A stretch of DNA of 64,000 nucleotides, from assembly GCF_009914755.1 (NCBI RefSeq), contig NC_060942.1. One strand, 5' to 3'. This DNA comes from the human T2T-CHM13v2.0 reference genome, Homo sapiens. Shown here in pieces: positions 43,647 through 57,533 of this stretch. The notes below the pieces were generated by a model that worked only from the letters and a program-made list of their open reading frames with translations, searched no databases and had not been told where the DNA came from. A program made the position numbers and the translations under genes. Position 1 is the first letter of the stretch, and each line of letters starts with the position of its first letter.

Positions 43647-44834
43647 CTTCCTTTTTTGACCAGAAGAAAATGCAGGACTCATTGAATAGTTATTTCTTGA
43701 ATGCTTTTCTGCCTAGATTGCATACTTCTGTAAAGCTCTGATAGACCTGAAGTCCAGCATCTCTGTTTCAGACTTCCTCAGCAGTGTCATTTTCCCTGTC
43801 ACTTGTTGTTTATAAACTATAGTACCAGATTAATGAATGAGAATATAACAGAGGATTTGGACTTCTGTTAAGCCCATTCTCTTTAAAATAAGGACTATGT
43901 GCAATATGTGCATGTTGGTAAGGTTCTCACTATTTCTTTCTGAAAGCTCAGCAGTCTTGGATTGTTTCCAGACAGATTATAGCCTCACTCCCAGAAAGCA
44001 TGACCTTGGCTAACCAGGGATGGGGGAATGAACACAGAGAAACTTCTTAAATCCCACTGTCTACAAAATCCCAACCTTTAAATGTGTGAGTTTCAGTTAG
44101 GCAAGTATTTCGGGAATATAGTATGGGAGCTTAGTGGGAAGGGCTGGAGATCTAAGTAAATCTTTGTCTAGGGGAATTGGTTTGGGTCTTTCGGTATGAA
44201 AAGATCAGAAAAAAAAAATGTCTGTTCCAAAATCTGTGCTTCGTAGGAATGTAGAATGTAGGTTTTTATAATCAAATCTATGAGAGTATTAAAAAAAAAA
44301 AGAAAAAGAAGTATCACAAGTGGAAAGGAAATGACATTCAGAAGCCTCAGATTAACTCCAAGAGTGAGACAGGTCCAGGCACTTTGCTTTGGAGCCTTTA
44401 GTTCTGACCTTCATAGTTTTAAATCTGTATTTTTTTCCTCATTATTCTGACTGCTTGCTTTTGCTTCTCTGACTATCACATTGCATAGTTCACCTAGATT
44501 CCACATCCAAAAGTGTCCTCTTCAATAAATAACTCCCCTGCTCAAAATCCTCTAAGTTCTCCCCATTGCTCACAGGATAAAATTTATATTTCTCAGCCCT
44601 AATTCCAAGGTATTTGAAGATTTACATCCAAGCCCCTCTCCCAGTAGTCCCGTACAGAGACTGTCCTTTCAAGTCAGGGTAAGCATTCAATGCCTCATCC
44701 TTAAGAACACTCAGAGCTTCCTTTTAATACTACTTCCCCTTAAGGTCCAACTGCAATTCTAAGCTTTGCAGCCGGTATCATGACAAACGCATTCATAAAA
44801 GCATCCACCCCCTCTTGTAATTCTGTGTGTTGTA

Positions 44835-44837
<3 letters not shown>

Positions 44838-44902
<65 letters not shown>
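44838..44902. repeat. Compound (TA)n(TG)n microsatellite
   Basis: About 50 bp of perfect TA followed by a TG run. Confidence 0.97.
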
Positions 44903-44903
<1 letters not shown>

Positions 44904-45014
44904 TGTGTGTATTCATTTTAGTTTCAAGGTAAAAGTATGTATATATGTATGTGTATATATCTGTGTGTTTATGTAGAGACATATCTGATTTTCTTTAACT
45001 CTTTAGCTGGGTGA

Positions 45015-45352
<338 letters not shown>

Positions 45353-46046
45353 GGTGACAAGTTTTTTTGGGGGGCAAAGTTTATGCCTATTTTAGTGTCC
45401 TTATGACAATTAGGATAGTGCTTTGTATATATGAAGCATTGAATTTAAAATATATATATTGATTGGTTGAGTTGACGGTAAAATGAATGTCCCATTTGTG
45501 CACCCAAATAAGGAGTTATATACTTCTAAATGATATCTTTCTGGATAGTTTGAGGAACCAATAATTAAATGAGCCTGATGCAGAAAATTGGGCACTTTTA
45601 CTTTTAAATCTTTAATATTTAGCCAGTTTTTATCCCAGGGGTAAGTAGAATCTTCATATCACCACTTGTCTTATACCTCCCAGCTATGTTTACATGTTTT
45701 TTTATATTTAAATTATCTATAAATCTTACATAAAGTGAAACCTGAAAAAGAAGTCCACTAATTTTGGTGCATAATTTTTTTATATATCCTATTTTTTTGG
45801 GAGCAAACTAAGCTCTGAGAACTCTTGTAATTCCTAACAATCACTTGAGGCCAGGAACATATTTAATATACACCTATCTCTCCCTACTACACATATCCAC
45901 ATTTTATTATTTGTGAATTTGGCCAAAGAATAATGGGTACTCAAAAATCGTCATTTTATATATTCTCTATTTAGAGGTATTCCATGCCTCCTTTCATACT
46001 CTAAGGAAATGTTCTTTCCTTAGCTACTGAAAAGTAAATTATTTCT

Positions 46047-46418
46047 TTTTTTTTTTAAGGCAAAATACAAACATAGACTTTATTAAATGCTGCTCAATCC
46101 CCCAATGAAGATCTTTTGTTACAAAACAGTTTTCCACACAACTGCAAGTTAAGAGATTGGAATGGTACTCTGATAACAAAAAATGTGAGAAATACTTGAT
46201 CAAGTAAAAATATACAAGACCTCTATATAGTCAACCTTTTCAGAGCTCTACAGAGGAAGCCTACCTCATTTCCTTTAAATAAAGCCAGGCAGTGACAACT
46301 AGTGTTCTGTATCACCAGGGCCCTGATGTTCCTACTGATCCCACACATGATCACAATGGACTCCAGAAACGCTTAGTCTGAGCACTAAGCACCTACGAAG
46401 GATCAGTGGTTTTTAGAG
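46047..46418 (-). pseudogene. Candidate 5'-truncated processed retrocopy (3'UTR only) of an unidentified mRNA
   Basis: Poly-T at 46046-46056, with TTTATT (AATAAA on the minus strand) at 46079-46084, 22 nt from the tail. The body is not a recognisable TE. Imperfect TSD gtaaattatttct (46034-46046) / gtaaattgtatgt (46419-46431). Confidence 0.6.
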
Positions 46419-47773
46419 GTAAATTGTATGTAAAAGGCCGTGCATCCTGAAGAAGCTTAGAGGAAAAGGTTTTTTAGGTCTGAAACTAGAAGAGGCATGT
46501 CAGGCGGCAGAGGATTTCCAGTTTCCACTTGCTGGGATTGGATGTAAGCAACATGACTCTTTAATTGCACACTGTATACGATTTAAAACAAAAACATGAA
46601 TTATAGAAAGGTGATGGATCCATGAAGCACATCTTCCCACTCTCTCATCTTAATTTTTTTAATTTCTAAACAAATCTATCTCTCCCTCCAGACTGAATTA
46701 CCCACTCTCCATTTTTCACTTCTTGTATGTACTTCTATTTTATAAAACTCATTTATCTCGTGTGTCTCTCCCTTAGAGTGCAAGCATTTATCCAGAACAG
46801 ATAATGTGTCATATATATCTATGCAGCCCCTTTACCTAGAACAAAGCCTGGCACATGATGATGATCAACAAATGCTGGTTAAAATGTTTCAGTGAATTTT
46901 AAGCTGCTTGGAGAGACTGAATTATATCTTGATCACATTTACATCCTTAAAATTCTTTAAACAATGCTTTGTAAATAGATGGAACTGAATGCTTACTTTT
47001 TTGCTTTTAAACAAGGAGGGAATCCATGAGCTAAACTCTAAACATGGATGCTTTGTTGGGGCAGAGCGTGCCTACTTTTCAGGTGCAGGGCTCAGATGCA
47101 GAACCTGGGCCATTAGTTGATACGAGAAACTTAATCAGACAACAGAGATTTATCTTTTTCTTCATCAGCAGGGTATATCTCAAAAAAATTTTTAAAGAAA
47201 GGTTATTTGTTATTGTGGCATTTCGTGTTTGGCTTCATGTCCTGTTTTTTAGCATCCGCTTCTGCCCTGTAGTTTCTCTGGTAACTTGTGCCACTGTAGC
47301 AAGTGCTAACCGCCTGTTGATGGGGCAGTCTAAATGTGTCTGAGGAATAATTGTACCTGGACTTCACCTTAATGCCTTTATAATGTTCTCTGCTTTATAT
47401 TTAAAGGTGACTAAGACAATTTAGTATCATAAAAGGCTGAGTAATACCCAAGGCAAACACATTTTAAGTCAGAGATGGGCTGGCCCCCTACTGTTCACAT
47501 TATAAATTCATCTTGTGGGCCTCTGGAATAGAAAAACAATTGTTTCTTGGTGCAGTTTTATTTCCCCCCCTCTAGGCTACTTACTTCATGACTGTTCAGC
47601 ACATGTAAATAAATATGTCATTATCCTTTTTAGTTTCAGAGTAACAGCAGGTAAGATAAGAATTTAAGCAAACATCAGGATGTAGGCCTCGAGACTGTGG
47701 GTCTTTGATACCTGGAAATGCAGAATTTTTCTTATGTTGTAACTTGTGAGAGTCCAAAGTTATAGAGACTTGG

Positions 47774-48321
47774 TGTATTAATCAGGGTTCTCCAGAGACA
47801 CGAACCAATTGTGTGTGCATACACACACACACACACTCACACACATTTACTGTAAGCAGTTGGCTTACATGATAATGGAAGCTGATAAGCTGATAAGTCC
47901 CATGATCTGCAGTTAGTAAGCAGGAGACCCAGGAAAGCAGATGATGTAGTTCTAGTGTAAACTTCCAGTCCAAAGGCCTGAGAACCAGGAGGGCCAGTGA
48001 TACAAGTTCTACTCTGAAAGCTGGCTTGAAACCTAAAAAGAGCTGATTTCTCGTTTTGAGTTCAAAGTCAGGATAAGAATGACGTCACAGCTTAGTTGGG
48101 CAAGAGGAGTTCCCTCTTAGCCTTTTTATTTCACCAGACCTTCAACTATTAGATGAAGATCACCCACATTAGGGAGGACAATCTTCTTTCCTCGGTCTAC
48201 TGATTCAAGTAATCTCATCCAGAAACAACCTCACAGATACAACCAGACCTCACAGATACAATGCTTGACCAAATGTCTGGGCACCCCATGGTCAAGTTTA
48301 CACATAAAATTCACCATCACA
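47774..48321 (-). mobile_element. MLT2 (ERVL) solo LTR
   Basis: tgtattaatcagggttctccagag...cacataaaattcaccatcaca, with TSD CTTGG (47769-47773, 48322-48326). Confidence 0.93.
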
Positions 48322-48426
48322 CTTGGTATTGCTTAAGACGCTGCTTGGCTCTTGAATATATCTGTGCATGTATATATATGTGTGTGTATGTGTGTGTGTA
48401 TATATATACACACACATATATATATA

Positions 48427-49017
48427 CAGTCGCATACGCATAATGCCATTTTGGTCAATGGCAAACAGTATTTACATTGGTGATCTCATAAGACCATAAT
48501 GGAGCTGAAAAATTCTTTTTGCCTAGTGACATCATAACTCTCATAGTCTTGTAGTACAATATATTACTCATGTGTTTATGGTAATGCTGAGGTAAACAAA
48601 CCTACTGTACTACCAGTAGTATAAATGTGTACAGTAATGTCCTAGACCTTCACATTCACTCAACATTCACTCGATGACTCACCCAGACCAACTTTCAGTC
48701 CTGCAAGCTCCATTCATAGTAAGTACCTTTCTCAGGTGTATCACCTTTTAATCTTTGATGTTACATTTGTACAGTACCTTTTCTATGTTTAATACATGAA
48801 GGCTTACCTTTGTGTCACAATTGGCTACAATATTCAGTACAGTAACATGTTGTACAGGTTCGTAGCCTGAGGCAACAGAATATACCATATAGCCTAAGGG
48901 TGTAGTGGGCTATACCATGTAGGTTTGTGTAAGGACACTCTATGATATTCACAGGACAAAACTGCATAGCAATGCATTTCTCAGAACATATCCCCATCAT
49001 TAAGCAATGTGTGACTG
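48427..49017 (+). mobile_element. Tigger3 (MER7)-family TcMar DNA transposon, about 590 bp
   Basis: cagtcgcatacgcataatg...taagcaatgtgtgactg flanked by TA on both sides, with terminal inverted repeats. Confidence 0.9.
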
Positions 49018-49089
49018 TATATAATTTCTCAATTTAACCATTTGTTATGGAATTTTATGTTTTCATATTAATATATTAAACTATAGTAA

Positions 49090-49310
49090 ACACTAGTATT
49101 AAGCAAGTGTCTGGCACTTTGCTACATATATGACTTCATTTATTTGTTAAAATGATGCTATATGATATGTATTCTCATTACTCCAATTTTCCAGATGTAG
49201 ATATTAAGTCTGAGACAGGTAAAGGAAATTGCCTCAAGTGGCGTAACTTGTAATTGGCATGTCAAGATTAGAATCCAGATCTATTTGGCACCAAAATTCT
49301 GCATTCTTCA
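49090..49310 (-). mobile_element. MIR
   Basis: ccaattttccagatgtagatattaagtctgagacaggtaaagg...gattagaatccagatct. Confidence 0.75.
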
Positions 49311-50661
49311 CTCTATTTCTCTTGAAACTCATGATACTGAGAAAATCTGCATTATATGTAGAATCTGAAGGTGTAAATATAGTGGTTCTGTTTTGGGAAA
49401 TAATTGTTTTGCCATAAAAGCCAATTTGCAAGAAAATGTCATTAGGAATAACACTACTTAATTTTTTGTACATGTAGAGAAATAGCAGTGAGAAAGGAGC
49501 ATTTCCAAGGTATAAAACCTGGAATGCAGTATGCTGAATTAAACAAATGAACATCAGACTGTTACTTTTCTCTGGAAGAAATAAATATTCCCCAAACAAG
49601 AGGGTTCAAACCTCATTTCTCTAAAGGATTCCTGGGTCAGGACTACTTCTGGCATCTTTATGGAAATAACTATTAGACAGATATGAGATGATAAAATCAT
49701 TGTGATCTTAAATGTTGTATAGCAACATATACCTGGACCTAGCTACCTTTCACATTTTAGAGAGAACAGCCATCTGAAAAGCACACATGAGTTTTGCTAT
49801 ATTTTGGACTCTCATATTGCTTTTCCATGGTAGAACCAAAAATGAAAAACAGTATAATAATAATACAAATTTCTTATGTGATAATTTACCCAGATACCAT
49901 ATTTTCTTTTAAACTACCTGTTATAAGTTCATTGTAATGCCCACCAGGTTATTTGTGGATGGTAAGTCTATCTGCCATTCGCTAGCCCTGGAGCACATTG
50001 CTACTTTGACATGACATCTTGTAAAATCCAATGGAGACTTTGCTTATAACCGTAATGGAGTAACTGGTACAAGATTTGCCTTCCTAAGGATAAAATTGGA
50101 CAAAACATATGCAATATACAGTTTTCAGATACAGGACAAAGGGAAGTACATGACCACACACCCAAGAGAAGAAAGGAAGAGAGCTCCATAATTGTCCAAT
50201 ATTTCTGTCTAGACACATTTTCCAGACCCAGCATGGGGAAAAATTCAAGCAGAGCATGATGATCTTGCAAAGTAAAGCACAAAAATCAGAATTTGGTACT
50301 ATATGGTGACTAATTTACAGGGCATAGTACCGGTAACAAAGAAGCACCAGAAACCTGCATAGGGTCCCTGTGAAACTTTAAACAAATGGTAGTCAGAGCA
50401 TGTGCAGGGTGAGGCTCTACAAAACTGGACTAAAACAAATGCCATGGGAAGAATAACTATAGGGAAGCTGTGACCCAAGCAATTTCTGGGTATCACACAG
50501 GACCAGGAGATTCTGAGGTGTGATAGCAACAGTGGAAAGAAATTACTGAATAGCTGAAGTATTGAGTAGTGACTTCAGAAGGAGCAACCTTGGGAGCAAA
50601 GATTATACAATTTTAGAGTAAAGTCTACTCTAGACTCTATTCAAACTTTAAGCCTTTAAAG

Positions 50662-50999
50662 CAGGGGTCCCCGATCCTGGGCCATGGACCAGTACTGGTC
50701 AGTGGCCTATTAGGAACCGGGCTGCACAGCAGTAGGTAGCAGCAGGCAAGCAAGAAGTTCCACCTAAGCTCTGCCTCCTGTCAGATAAGCCACAGCATTA
50801 GATTTTCACAGGAGCATGAAGCCTATTGTGTACTGTGCCTGCAAGGGATCTAGGCTGTGCACTCCTTATGAGAGTCTGACTAATGCCTGATGATCTGAGG
50901 TGGAACAGTTTCATCCCAAAACCATTCCCCATCTTATGTGCATGGAAAAATTGTCTTCCATGAAGCCAGTCCCTGGTGGAAAAAGGTTGGGGACCATGG
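50662..50999 (+). mobile_element. MER1B (hAT-Charlie)
   Basis: caggggtcccc...aaaaggttggggacc, 338 bp, with 8-bp TSD CTTTAAAG (50654-50661, 51000-51007). Confidence 0.93.
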
Positions 51000-52233
51000 C
51001 TTTAAAGAAGCAAGCTGATCTATAAGCAAACTAACTTCCTGCCTGAATTCAACTTAGCACTCTTCAAAGAAAAATGAAAAACTTCAGTTATTGAACAGCA
51101 TAGAAACTGAATACCCAACACACAGTCAAAACATGCTAAACATGTAAAAAACCAGGAGAGTATGACCTATAACCAGGAGGGAGAAGGAAAAAACATAAAG
51201 CACAGACCATGGAATGATGAAATTGGCAGACTAAGGGTTTAAAAGGAGCTATTATAATTATGTTCAAGAATTTATACGGAAAAAAACCATGACAGAGAAA
51301 GAAATGGAATATCTCAATAGATAAATAGAAGCCATATATAGAGAAGCAAATGAAAATTCTGGAATTGAGAAATATGATATCTGAAATATATTTATATTTA
51401 TGTCTCTATACATCTATATGTATATATATATCTGTATTTAGCTTAAAACTTAATAGAAACTACAGAAGAAAAAAATCAGTGAACTTAAAGCTAAGGTAAT
51501 ATAAACTTTCAAACTCTTTCAGAAACTGGAGTAAAAGGGAATACTTCCCTACTCATTTTATGTGGTCACCATAACCTTGATACTAAATCAAGAAAAGATC
51601 ATTATAAGAAAAAAAATTACAGATTAATATCTCTCTTGAACTTGTGCAAAAAAATTACTAATAACATTATCAAGTTGAATTCAGCAATATTTAGAAAGTC
51701 TAAAACATAATGACAAAGTGAGATTGATCCTAGTAACACAAGATTTGATTAATATTCAAAAACACTCCAATGTTATACACCACATTAACAAAAGCAGAAG
51801 AAAAATCACACAGCCATCTCAATAAACGCAGAAAAACACTTGGAAATCCAGCATTCATTTATGATTTAAAAGAGAAAAACCCATCAACAAACTAGGAACA
51901 GAGGTAACTTCCTCAACCTGATAAAGGGCATCTATGCAAAATCTGCAGCTAACTTCATACTTAATGGTGAAAGGCTGAATGTTTTCTACTTAAAACCAAG
52001 AATAAGAAAAAGAGTTTGTTCTCACCACTTCTATTCAGCATTGTGCTAGAAGTCTTATCATGATCAATAAAACACAGATAAATAAAAGACAAACAGATTT
52101 GAAGAAAATATAAAATAGTAAGAAACCTACAAAAATACTAGAAGTGATAAGTCAATTTAACAAAATTGAAACACACAAGTTATATATATAATTCAATTGT
52201 AATTCTATGAGTATTTTAAAAATCGGTAACAAA

Positions 52234-52509
52234 GGTCAGGCACGGTGGCTCACGCCTGTAATTCCAGCACTTTGGGAGGCCGAGGCGGGTGGATCACCTG
52301 AGGTCAGGAGGTCAAGACCATCCTGACCAACATGGTGAAACCCCATCTCTTCAAAAATACTAAAAAAAAAAAAAAATTAGCCAGATGTGACGGCAGATGC
52401 CTGTAATCCCAGCTACTTGGGAGGCTGAGGCAGGAGAATCGCTTGAACCGAGATTGCACCACTGCACTCCTACCTGGGCAGCAGAGTGAGACTCCATCTC
52501 AAAAAAAAA
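52234..52509 (+). mobile_element. AluS with right-arm deletion
   Basis: TSD aaaatcggtaacaaa / aaaattggtaacaaa. gcttgaaccgagattgc lacks ggaggcggaggttgcagtgagc. Confidence 0.95.
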
Positions 52510-54254
52510 TTGGTAACAAAAATTAAATAAATAATACCATTTGTGATATCAAGCCCCACAAAATAAAAAGGGGGAAAACTTAACAAAACATATGCGATAC
52601 CTATGTGCTGAAAATTACAAAATGTTGTTGAGAGAAATTAAAGAAGTTCTAAATAAATGTTCATGGACTGGAAGTCAACAATATTTTTAAGATGCCTCTT
52701 CTCCACAAATTGTTCTATGGATTCAATGCAATCTCAAACAAAAATCACAGCAAGTATTTTGTAATAAATGACAAGCTTTATCTAAAACTTACATGCCAAT
52801 GCAAAGGACCTAATGTGGCCAAAGTATTCTTGAGAAAAAACAATTTTAGAGAATTGATGGTACATGATTTCTGGATCCATTATGAATCTGCATTATTCTA
52901 GGCAATGTATTATTGCATAAAGAAACATAAATAGATTAATGGAGCTGAATGGAAAATCTGGAAATAGACCCACTTAGTGTTTCTTCAATTGATTGTGAGG
53001 TGTTAAAGTACTACAATGCAGAAAAAGAAACACCCCAAAAATATTCTGGAACAACCACATATCTATTTGTGGGGGGAGAGAGAGAGGGCAGAGAGAGGGA
53101 ATCTCAGTCTCTACCTCACATTATACAAAAAAATAAATAAATAATTCTAGATAGCTCATAGTCCTAAACATAAGTCCATAAGGCTCTAGAAGAAAACAGG
53201 AGGTTATTAGCATAGGCAATGATTTCTTAGACAGAACAGAGGAAGCATTAACCATAATTAAAAGCTGATACGTTTATTTTGTCTGAATTAAAAACTTCTG
53301 CTCATTAAGAAACACTTAAGAAAATGTAAAGGTAAGCCACATTTTGGGAAAATAAATTTTGTAATGCATATATTTGACAAAAGATTTGTCTAAAATATAT
53401 AAAAAACTTGGAAAAGTCAATATAAAAAACCCAATTTTAAAAATATGTAAAAGATCTCAACAAGTGCTTCACAAAAGAAGGTATACAAATGCCTAATAAA
53501 AGCAAAAAGAAACACCCAAAATTACCTATCAGGGAAATATTAAATGAACAATGGCTAAAATTAAAATATTGGCAACAGTAGTGTTTGTTGATACAAATGT
53601 TGAGCAACCAGTTTGCTTAAATATTGCTGGTAGAAGTCTAACAATGTTTAAACACTTTGGAAATAGATATTCCAGTTTCTTACAAAGCTCAACATGCATA
53701 TTTCCAATGACTCAACAATTATAGTTTAGGTATTTATACAAAATACTTGATAACACATATCCACAAAAATGTACAGAAATATACATAGGAACTATAGTCA
53801 TAGATAAAAGGTAAAAACAATCCAAATGTACATCAATAGAAAAATATGCTAAAATGATATTGTGCTTTACTCATACACAAGGGAATAGTATGCAGCAATG
53901 AAGAGGAACTATTGATACATGAAACAATGTAGATGAATCTTGAGAACAATATATTGAAAGAATAAGACATGAGTGAGTACAGTATGATTCTATTTCCAAT
54001 AAGTACTAGAATAGGCAAAATGAATAGATGATAAAAGAAATTGAGTAAGTAGTTGTATTTGAGCCAGGATGGAGATTGACAGGGAAGAAAAAATTTCTGA
54101 AGTAATGGAAATTATCTATTTCTTAATAGAGGCATAGAATATATAAATATATCCATTTTTCAAAACTTATGAAACTATATTCTTTAGATCTGTGCATCTC
54201 ATTGTCTATAAATCATACCTCAATCAAAAATTATTGATCAAAAAAATCCAATGG

Positions 54255-54306
54255 ACAGCATAATGCATGGTACATAGTAGGTGCTCAATAAATATTTGTT
54301 GGATGA
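54255..54306 (+). mobile_element. L2 3' terminus
   Basis: ggtacatagtaggtgctcaataaatatttgttggatga. Confidence 0.8.
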
Positions 54307-55459
54307 TATTATTCCTAGGAAGAATCTCAGATAGTGATTTTTTTCCCTGCAAAGAACTATGGCCAATATTGAGGAAACAACTCAAAGAGAATGTCAGTTG
54401 CATCATCTTTGTTCATAATGGATGTGAAAATTATTTTTGCAATATTGACTTTTGTTCTGAGGGAAACTAAAACAGACCAATTTGTTCAATCTTCAGAGAG
54501 ATTTAGGTAGTGTTAAAGTGGCTCATTGGGAGAGTAGAAACTAAAGCTAACACAGCTCTCTTGGCCTGACCTATACCTTTATCAAACCCAAGCCAAACAC
54601 TGTGGTTGCATTTTTCAAAGTCCATTTGACAGACAGGAACTGTCAGTAACAGTCATACTTAGCAGAAATTCATTAACCTGTAGACCTTCTCCATTTGAGG
54701 AAATATTTTCTCACTATATTGAAAGCATATTCATTTCTCTAAGAAAAACCTCTCATGCACTTACTCCTTGAAGTCTTTTTTTTTTTTAAGCTTTGCAGCC
54801 TGAAATGATCTCTACATCTTCTAGATCTTATGGCAATTTCCTAGTGCTTCTATTATAAAACCCATCACCTTCCACTTTATATTACAGCAATTTGGGTACC
54901 TGTTTTATCCTCTCTTGGATTGCAAACTGCTTTAGAGGATAGAGCTAGTTATTCATTTTATATTTTCACAGAATATACCACACTGTAGTTTTCTACCCAC
55001 ATATTTGCCAAATAAATGTATAAATAAATAAATAAATGAAGAAATGTTTGGGTCAATGACAAGAGAGAAAAAAACTCACAATTTCAAACAGCAGAATGTG
55101 ATTTTGCATAGTAATTTTTAGCCATTTTATTCATTATTTCTCTCAAATGTATTCATGGAGAGCTATTGTTTGGCACATATTGTTCTAGCTATATACTAAG
55201 GGTGAAAGTTGAATGAGACATGGACTTTGCTCCTCAAGGAGGTCACAAATACAAATAGAGAGGTGGATATAATTGTAAAATAATGTAATGAGAGCTTGAA
55301 TGGAGGAGAGATTCAGAGGAGAGTGATGGCACAAAATAAAAAAGTAATCATGAAAAATGGAGGTTTGGGTAACATCTGTAGAAAATTCCAGATGACTTTA
55401 AAGGTCAATGATAACATCTAACATCAAGGGTTTACTAGACTCTGAACTTCTAGAATCCT

Positions 55460-55605
55460 GTCAGCAATGCTAGAGGTACTACTATTTTTCCCATTATGCA
55501 GAAGAAAAAAAAACTGAGACACCGAAATTAAATATTTTGCCTAAGGCCACTACAGCTCCTGGTAAAATCAGGTTTTGAGTACAGCATGTTTGGACCCAGA
55601 GCCGT
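55460..55605 (-). mobile_element. MIR fragment
   Basis: ggtactactatttttcccattatgcagaag...aactgagacac...ttgcctaaggccac. Confidence 0.7.
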
Positions 55606-57135
55606 ATCCTCAATTGAAATGATCTGGGTCTTGAAAAATGAGTAGGCCCCACTTGGTATGTGTGAAGATGTTCCTGTGAGGTTAGTGGTTTTATCAGTAA
55701 AGTTTCCTCACTGTTTCACTCAAGTTGAATTATTGAATATTGCTACTTTATGCAACAACAGATAAATTATCAGAAGGATACTAGGGTTTCTCAGAGTATC
55801 CAAGCAGGTATTGAATATTCAGACTTCAGGAAGAGCAAGAAACCTGCCAGATTAATGGGTCTTAGCAGCTGGAAATAATGGGTTTTCTCTCCGGGTATCT
55901 TTTAATTCTTGGATCAGATATAAATCCCTGGATCAATCAATTGTGGACAGGGACAGGGTCATATTATACCAGGGCTAGCACTCACATATTTATAAAAGGC
56001 ACCGTTTATATTATAAACTATACACAGGCAATGTAAAAGATGTTACCTGGAGGTGTGCAATATGGATGCTCTAATGGAAACTTAATAGCAGCCATGTGAT
56101 TGGTAGGGCATCACATGGCTACCCAAAGTGCAGATTTGAGTAGAAACAAAGTGAAAGAATATAATGGCTATCTGCTACAGGGATTGGGGTTGGAATAAAA
56201 TTCAGAATTCTCATATGTGAGTCTCAGATATTTTATAACATCAAGCCATGGTTTTTTTTCCTTAGTTCTTGCCTGCATCCAATGTACTGTGAAGTTTCCA
56301 ACAATCAGGTCTCATTTCCTGTGATTTCTTTTTTTTTTTTAACTCAAAATTATTTTAGACTGATTTCACTTGGATTAAAATAAAGTACATTGCCCCCCTG
56401 ACTCAACACATTATTTGGAATTGAACTGACCTTCACATTCTCAGCTATTCTGCCTTATGGTGTGATGGTGTGGGTAACTAATAAAGTGAATGACACATGA
56501 TTTGAGTCAATTGGTGGAAGAGTCATGATCCGAGTACTGTATTTAAAGGCAAGTCTAAAAAAGGCCGTTTGATTGCTCTTGTGGTGTAGGCACTCCTTAG
56601 ATGCTTCACCTGCTTTGTCTTTGTGAAATAAGGGAGAACGCACAGAGAAAATAAAATAATGGTATTATCCCACCACGTATCTATTAAATGTTACATCCTA
56701 TATGTGAATTATTTTATTTACTCTTCCAACTGACATACAGATTTTCTTCCCCTTATTTTAAAACGCTGAAAACAAGCTGAGGTTGATTAAATAATTAAAG
56801 TTCACTGCTAGAAAATGTCACAGATGGAACTGAAACCCACATCTCTATGTATGCTTTCTGTGACAGGTCCACCTAAAATTACATAACACCAATTTACCTA
56901 GGCTCTGTGGCTACCACCAGAGTAGTGGGGCACTCCAGGTTTATTGACTCGTCTAGCACATTTACAGAGGCCCAAAGCAATGGGCACAAGCACCTCCCTT
57001 TAAATTCAACACTTCCTTCACTTCCAGGGTCTATTTTAATAGATTCAATCAATCCCAGCTTAATAGTGAAATTGAGGTTTTCATTTGGTAAGCTCTATTA
57101 CTGAAGGAAGGTCGCGTTACTTTTTTAAGTGGTAG

Positions 57136-57533
<398 letters not shown>

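Larger units (their letters stand above)
50035..54230 (+). mobile_element. Ancient, internally deleted L1M (MC/MD/ME-type) with 5'UTR, ORF1 and ORF2 remnants and 3' end
   Basis: taatggagtaactggtac 5' end; cttccctactcattttatg...ctcaacctgataaagggcatctatg...cttctattcagcattgtgctagaagtc (ORF2); ends tcatacctcaatcaaaaa. It is interrupted by MER1B and an Alu. Confidence 0.85.

Noticed and set aside
47620-47657. Plus-strand microexon (tttttag tttcag agtaacagcag|gtaaga)
   Set aside because: The possible lengths of 11 or 17 nt are not frame-preserving and nothing else supports it.
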